A stretch of DNA of 64,000 nucleotides from a virus (taxonomy: Duplodnaviria > Caudoviricetes), in the IMG/VR virus record IMGVR_UViG_2799112909_000002, positions 1 through 64,000 of that record, one strand, 5' to 3'. The position numbers were made by a program, and so were the translations under genes. The notes beneath the pieces are model-generated. The model saw only the letters and a list, made by a program, of their open reading frames with translations. It did not search any database and was not told where the DNA came from. Of this stretch, positions 59,642 through 64,000 are shown piece by piece. Positions within the stretch are counted from its first letter, which is position 1. Every line of letters begins with the position of its first letter.

Positions 59642-61439
59642 ATGAATATTAAAATTTTAAATCAATATGCAAAAGTACCAACACAAGGTTCTGATTGGGC
59701 GGCAGGCTATGACCTGTACGCCGCTATACCTGAAGACCACATCATGATACCTCCTCACTCTACAAAAAAGATTGGTACAGGATTGGCAGTTGAGATTCCA
59801 GTTAATGCTTTTGGCGGCATTTTCGCCAGGAGCGGATTAGCCTCGAAAATGGGTCTCAGACCATCGAACTGTGTCGGTGAATAAAAAAAGATAGATTCCC
59901 CCGGGCAAATCAGATTCAAAAAAATACCTCTAAAATTATATATAATATAAAAATAATGGAGGTATCTATATGCAAACAATTGATTTTGGATCAAATGAAA
60001 AATTTATTGCTAATTATGAGAAATTAAAAAGCTCCCGTAAAATGGGAGAATTATACGGGTGTGACAAGACTTCCGTATTGAATCATGCGAAAAAAATTGG
60101 ATATAACGTAAATGGGAATAAGAAAAGTAAACTTTCTTTAGCAGATAAGCAAGATATTATTAATGCTTATTATGATAAAACTTCTACTCAGCTTGCTCAA
60201 GAATATGGAGTAAGTCGAGGAGTAATCACTAAAATTTGGTATGATGCGAATTTAAAAGGTAAAGCAAATAAACCCACCAATGATTATAATTCTTTAAATC
60301 TTTCTGGGCAAAAAATTAATTCTTTAACAGTGTTAGAACGCACTGAACATAGAGATAGTTCTGGCTGTGTAAAATGGCTTTGCCGTTGCGATTGTGGAAA
60401 AATTGTAGAAGTAAGTTCTTCTCGTCTAAACACTAAAGCTGCAAAAAGCTGCGGATGCTTAAGTAAAAAAGCATTAGAATTGGGAAGGGGTTTAAATTTT
60501 CATGATTTAAAAGGGCAAACATTTGGGAAATTAACAGTTCTAAATAGATGTGAAGATAAAAAACTTAATGATAGAGTCATTGTCCAATGGCTTTGTGTAT
60601 GCACCTGTGGAAGAGAAACAAAAGTGCTTGCCTCAAATTTAATCAGTGGGAATACTCAAACCTGTGGTTTATGCGGTGAAAAATCACATGGCAATCTTAA
60701 AATAGATTCTATTTTAACACAAGCTGGTATCCCATTTGAAAGAGAAAAACGTTTTTCAACTTGCAAAGATGAAGCACTATTGCCTTTTGATTTCTTCGTA
60801 AATAACCAATATTTAATTGAATATGATGGTGAACAGCACTTTAATCCAAATAGCTTTTTTTATTCTGAAAAAATTCAAAAGCATGATGAAATTAAAAATC
60901 AATGGTGTAAAGAAAACCATATTCCCTTAATTAGAATTCCTTACACTCATTATTCAGAGTTAGCACTAACAGATTTGCTTTTAGAAACAAGTCCTTTTAT
61001 CTTAAAAACGCCGACAATAAATTGAGTCAAATCGGTGAAAGCCCTCTAAGGACAGGCTAATACCGAGGTAATTAATTAGATTGCGAATAGGCTAATTAAC
61101 ACCGTAGAGCGTAGGTAGTGAATAAATATAATCTACCCAAGAGGACTCAACATCTTATTGATGAAAATGTACGCCGAACTTATATGATGATAAAATATAA
61201 GAACTAAAGGATAAAAAGCCTTTAGGATAACAAAATTGGTTGTAGACGCAGACTATCGTGGCGAAGTAGCAGTTGCTCTTCACAACGATACAGACGAAGC
61301 CCGCATAGTTGTCAATGGAGAAAGAATTGCTCAATTAGTAGTAATTCCATTTATGAAAATTGATGGCTTTACTGTTGTAGACGAACTTAGTTCTACAGAA
61401 CGTGGGATTAATGGTTTTGGCAGCACAGGAATGAGATAA
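59642..61439 (+). CDS. dut: trimeric dUTPase, join(59642..59878,61239..61439)
   Basis: AGYDL, ARSG, spliced G|VVDADYRGE, ERIAQ, RGINGFGSTG. Confidence 0.93.
59879..61238 (+). mobile_element. group I intron in dut with the endonuclease ORF in the P1 loop
   Basis: exon UGUCGGU pairs with GCCGACA at 61010-61016; core AATCGGTGAA, AATACCGAG, CGTAGAGCGTA and ATGTACGCCG; terminal G. Confidence 0.88.
59970..61025 (+). CDS. intron-encoded endonuclease: HTH, CxCxCG repeats and Vsr/DUF559-like nuclease domain
   Basis: WLCRCDCG...SCGC, WLCVCTCG...TCG, FDFFV, IEYDGEQHF, LIRIPY. Confidence 0.8.
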   Translation: MQTIDFGSNEKFIANYEKLKSSRKMGELYGCDKTSVLNHAKKIGYNVNGNKKSKLSLADKQDIINAYYDKTSTQLAQEYGVSRGVITKIWYDANLKGKANKPTNDYNSLNLSGQKINSLTVLERTEHRDSSGCVKWLCRCDCGKIVEVSSSRLNTKAAKSCGCLSKKALELGRGLNFHDLKGQTFGKLTVLNRCEDKKLNDRVIVQWLCVCTCGRETKVLASNLISGNTQTCGLCGEKSHGNLKIDSILTQAGIPFEREKRFSTCKDEALLPFDFFVNNQYLIEYDGEQHFNPNSFFYSEKIQKHDEIKNQWCKENHIPLIRIPYTHYSELALTDLLLETSPFILKTPTIN

Positions 61440-61550
61440 ACAATGAGCAGCGAGATTCTTCTTGCTGCTTTTTCTTTTGCTTGTCTGCTTGACTTTTTAA
61501 AAAATTTATGTTATAATTTTCTTATAGAGAAAGGAAGTGCAAAGGTAGAA

Positions 61551-62042
61551 ATGAAAATTATTGGAGTAGATGCAAGCTCTAAGAGCTTTGGATATAGTGT
61601 ATTTAAAGATAAACAATTAGTTTCTTATGGTTGTTTAACTGCATCTTCAACAGACTTAATCAAAAGAATAAACAAAATTCTTAAAGAATTTGAAGATGTG
61701 CTTATTTTAAATAAAGATACACAAAAAATAATTATGGAAGAAGTTATTCCTGTTGCTGGTAAAAATAATAAAACTTATAAAGCTTTAATGTGGTTGCAAG
61801 GTGCAGTTGCTATTATGGTACATGATAAATTTCCTAATATTAAAATAGAGTATATTTATCCAAGTTCTTGGCGTTCTAATTGCTCTATTAAAACTGGTAA
61901 AAGTATAACAAGAGAACAACTTAAACGGGCAGATATTGATTTTGTAAAAAAGAAATATGGAATAGATGTTAATGATGATATTGCAGATGCAATTGGTATC
62001 GCCCATTCATCAATCTATGACTTCGATATTAATTTTGAATAA
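61551..62042 (+). CDS. RuvC-like Holliday junction resolvase
   Basis: IIGVDASS, MEE, PSSWR, DDIADAIGI. Confidence 0.85.
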   Translation: MKIIGVDASSKSFGYSVFKDKQLVSYGCLTASSTDLIKRINKILKEFEDVLILNKDTQKIIMEEVIPVAGKNNKTYKALMWLQGAVAIMVHDKFPNIKIEYIYPSSWRSNCSIKTGKSITREQLKRADIDFVKKKYGIDVNDDIADAIGIAHSSIYDFDINFE

Positions 62043-62053
62043 AAAAGAGAGGG

Positions 62054-62374
62054 CTAGTACCCCTCTCTTAATTTATTAAAGATTTTATTTGTGATAAAGA
62101 TTATTTCATCTCCGTAAGTTGCTATTAAGTCTGCTACTAATTCCTCTTGCTCATATGTAAGGTCAACATCATAAGAGAACATGGCTGCATGAGTAATTTC
62201 ATGACAAAGAACCTTCTTTAATAATGCACCGTCCAAAGTATCATTAATAAAGATAGTTTTTAATTTGTCATCACAACAGCCTAAAGTAAACTGACCTGTC
62301 GTTGCTCGCATTAATACTGGATGATTTGCGGCAACATATTGAACGTTCCAAATTTCATTATTAATAGTAAACAT
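62054..62374 (-). CDS. HExxH zinc-metallopeptidase-like protein
   Basis: LCHEITHA...EE motif. Confidence 0.7.
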   Translation of the reverse strand: MFTINNEIWNVQYVAANHPVLMRATTGQFTLGCCDDKLKTIFINDTLDGALLKKVLCHEITHAAMFSYDVDLTYEQEELVADLIATYGDEIIFITNKIFNKLREGY

Positions 62375-62931
62375 TAAGCAATCTTACTTGCGAGAGTAGT
62401 CATCTTTTGACGTAGGATAGCCTTTTCTTCTGGAGAAGCATCTTTAATCATTTCAGTGACATCTGTTGATAATTCCTGCATATAAGCCTCAAGCTCTTTC
62501 ATTTGCTGGTCTTTACTTCGTTTTATTTCTTTACCCTCCATATACATCTTACGTCTTAATGAACTTTTACCCTCGCGGGGGTCACGTATTGCGGCAGTTT
62601 CATACACATGACCCATAGGCTCATGATGGTCGCTGCCCTCATAATACATTTGTCCTTTTCCTTTATCCATGTCTCTATACATTTCTGGATAGCGAATAGG
62701 ATAGTTGCTTCCATAATAAGAAATATTATTCACTGTTTCTCCACTTTTTGACTCGTGTGCCTGCTCCATAGCTTTAATAATATAGCAATGATAGATAGCT
62801 TCTTCCAGATCTTTTATCATATCTATTGCTTCACCAAGTTCTTTAGTGTCAACGCAATCCAGATTGCTCATTTGAGTTTCAACAGCGTTCATTAACTTAT
62901 TTTTCATTTCTTTTAATCTTTCAATACTCAT
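62374..62931 (-). CDS. conserved hypothetical protein of Clostridial phages
   Basis: DTKELGEAIDMIKDL, REGKS, ASPEEK. Confidence 0.7.
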   Translation of the reverse strand: MSIERLKEMKNKLMNAVETQMSNLDCVDTKELGEAIDMIKDLEEAIYHCYIIKAMEQAHESKSGETVNNISYYGSNYPIRYPEMYRDMDKGKGQMYYEGSDHHEPMGHVYETAAIRDPREGKSSLRRKMYMEGKEIKRSKDQQMKELEAYMQELSTDVTEMIKDASPEEKAILRQKMTTLASKIA

Positions 62932-62937
62932 TTATTT

Positions 62938-63375
62938 TTACGCCGTCCTTTCTACTATAATATTAGCATTTTGAACTTGAACGGCTTGTGTGCCAGTGTT
63001 TTCAACAGCCACTGTATAGCAACAACCTCTTGGTACAGTTACGAACACAGAAGCATAAACATTCCAAAACTGATTCCCCTCTGCGGGAGTTATAACCATT
63101 GAACTAGTAGGAATAGGTTCTCCATCAATAGCCAAAGCTAAAGATAATGATGTGCCTTCTGTTAATTCTGTAGTTCCTGCCATGTTACACCCAAAGGACA
63201 CCTTGTAACGGGCAAAACACCCGTTACAATTATTAACAATGCCTCTCAAGGTGAGAATACCGGATCCTTCCCTATGAATTACATATCCACGTGTACAAGG
63301 GATTGGTGACTCAGAAAAAAGTACATTTTGCCCTGCATTAACTGTCTGAAGGGCGTTACTTGTATATTCTGCCAT
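62938..63375 (-). CDS. beta-sandwich (BclA-C-like) hypothetical protein
   Basis: QTVNAGQNVLF, HREGSG, NANIIVER. Confidence 0.6.
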   Translation of the reverse strand: MAEYTSNALQTVNAGQNVLFSESPIPCTRGYVIHREGSGILTLRGIVNNCNGCFARYKVSFGCNMAGTTELTEGTSLSLALAIDGEPIPTSSMVITPAEGNQFWNVYASVFVTVPRGCCYTVAVENTGTQAVQVQNANIIVERTA

Positions 63376-63396
63376 TGTTAATTGTTTCCTCCTTTA

Positions 63397-64000
63397 TTAA
63401 GCACCGCAACCAGCGTAGCCATAGCCGTAATAGTTGCCACAATTGCAGCTATTCGGATTAGCAACTACATATGCGGGAATTGGTGTCGGATTTACTGCGT
63501 GAATAATTTGAGCAGTCTGAGCAGCCTGACTTGCGGCAATGTCCGCTGTTTGAGCTGTTTGACTTTGAGCAAACTTTAATGCATTGTTGTCTGCAAGGAG
63601 ATCTGCATTTCTTTGCTTCAAGCCGTCAATTTCCATTGCACAGAGTTTATCAAGAATTGCCTGAGTGTTTGCTGTTGCATTAGTGATTACATCACGAAGT
63701 CCATCACTGATAACAGCTCTATCAGCACAGTTTTCAGTTGCTACTGTATACTTTAAATCTGCTACAGCTGCTCTATTTTCACAGCAGCAATTTTGCTGAT
63801 TCATAGCAATAGTGTTGAGTTGATTAGTAAGATTTGACTGATTACCATTTAAAGTCTGGTAAAGCCCCATCTGATTTGCATTAAGTGTCTGTGCGAGAAT
63901 TTGCTGGTTGTTATTCATTGTCTGCAAGAGATTAGCTTGTGAATTACATCTTGCAACCTCTGCATCTGCAAATCCATTAGTAACTGCGGCAGTTAGTCCA
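63397..64000 (-). CDS. conserved Gln/Asn/Cys-rich coiled-coil protein, probably 5'-truncated by the window edge
   Basis: QQNCCCE...P.PIPAY.V.NP motif; frame appears open to the window end. Confidence 0.7.
   Translation of the reverse strand, partial: GLTAAVTNGFADAEVARCNSQANLLQTMNNNQQILAQTLNANQMGLYQTLNGNQSNLTNQLNTIAMNQQNCCCENRAAVADLKYTVATENCADRAVISDGLRDVITNATANTQAILDKLCAMEIDGLKQRNADLLADNNALKFAQSQTAQTADIAASQAAQTAQIIHAVNPTPIPAYVVANPNSCNCGNYYGYGYAGCGA

Noticed and set aside
38652-61439. dnaB, helicase, nrdD and dut as broken pseudogenes
   Set aside because: Removing U...G-bounded group I introns restores the frame and conserved motifs exactly
1-64000. Stop-codon recoding
   Set aside because: Long genes are intact in code 11 and no suppressor tRNA was found

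Overview
This window is part of a large, AT-rich lytic-type phage genome of a Firmicutes (probably Clostridia) host, in the standard genetic code. Coordinates 1-19.4 kb are mostly minus-strand early/accessory genes, many behind near-identical sigma-A-type promoters. Embedded there are a plus-strand diversity-generating retroelement (two tandem target genes, avd, TR, RT, followed by an XkdX-like gene), a CodY-HTH fusion protein, a Ro60/TROVE-like vWA protein (DUF2828-type), an HPr-like protein and a cluster of 7 tRNAs. The tRNAs are interleaved with five copies of an unnamed covarying stem-loop carrying an invariant ACAGCA motif, plus other structured non-coding segments. Coordinates 19.6-62 kb are plus-strand: RNA-repair enzymes (Pol-beta NTase, Rnl2-family ligase), endolysin, gyrase A/B, NAD ligase, SSB, Sak4-like ATPase, DnaB, primase, RecJ, RecD-like helicase, two MTases, DnaE with an intein, guanylate kinase, NrdD, dUTPase and RuvC. 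Four group I introns with homing endonucleases interrupt dnaB, the RecD-like helicase, nrdD and dut. The best candidate for an undescribed system is the Ro60-like gene together with the ACAGCAA stem-loop RNA array in the tRNA operon. Also notable are the two-target DGR with a codon insertion in VR2, a second promoter class with exact 34-nt spacing, and the NTase-CodY fusion. Family assignments come from motif recognition by eye; no searches were run.
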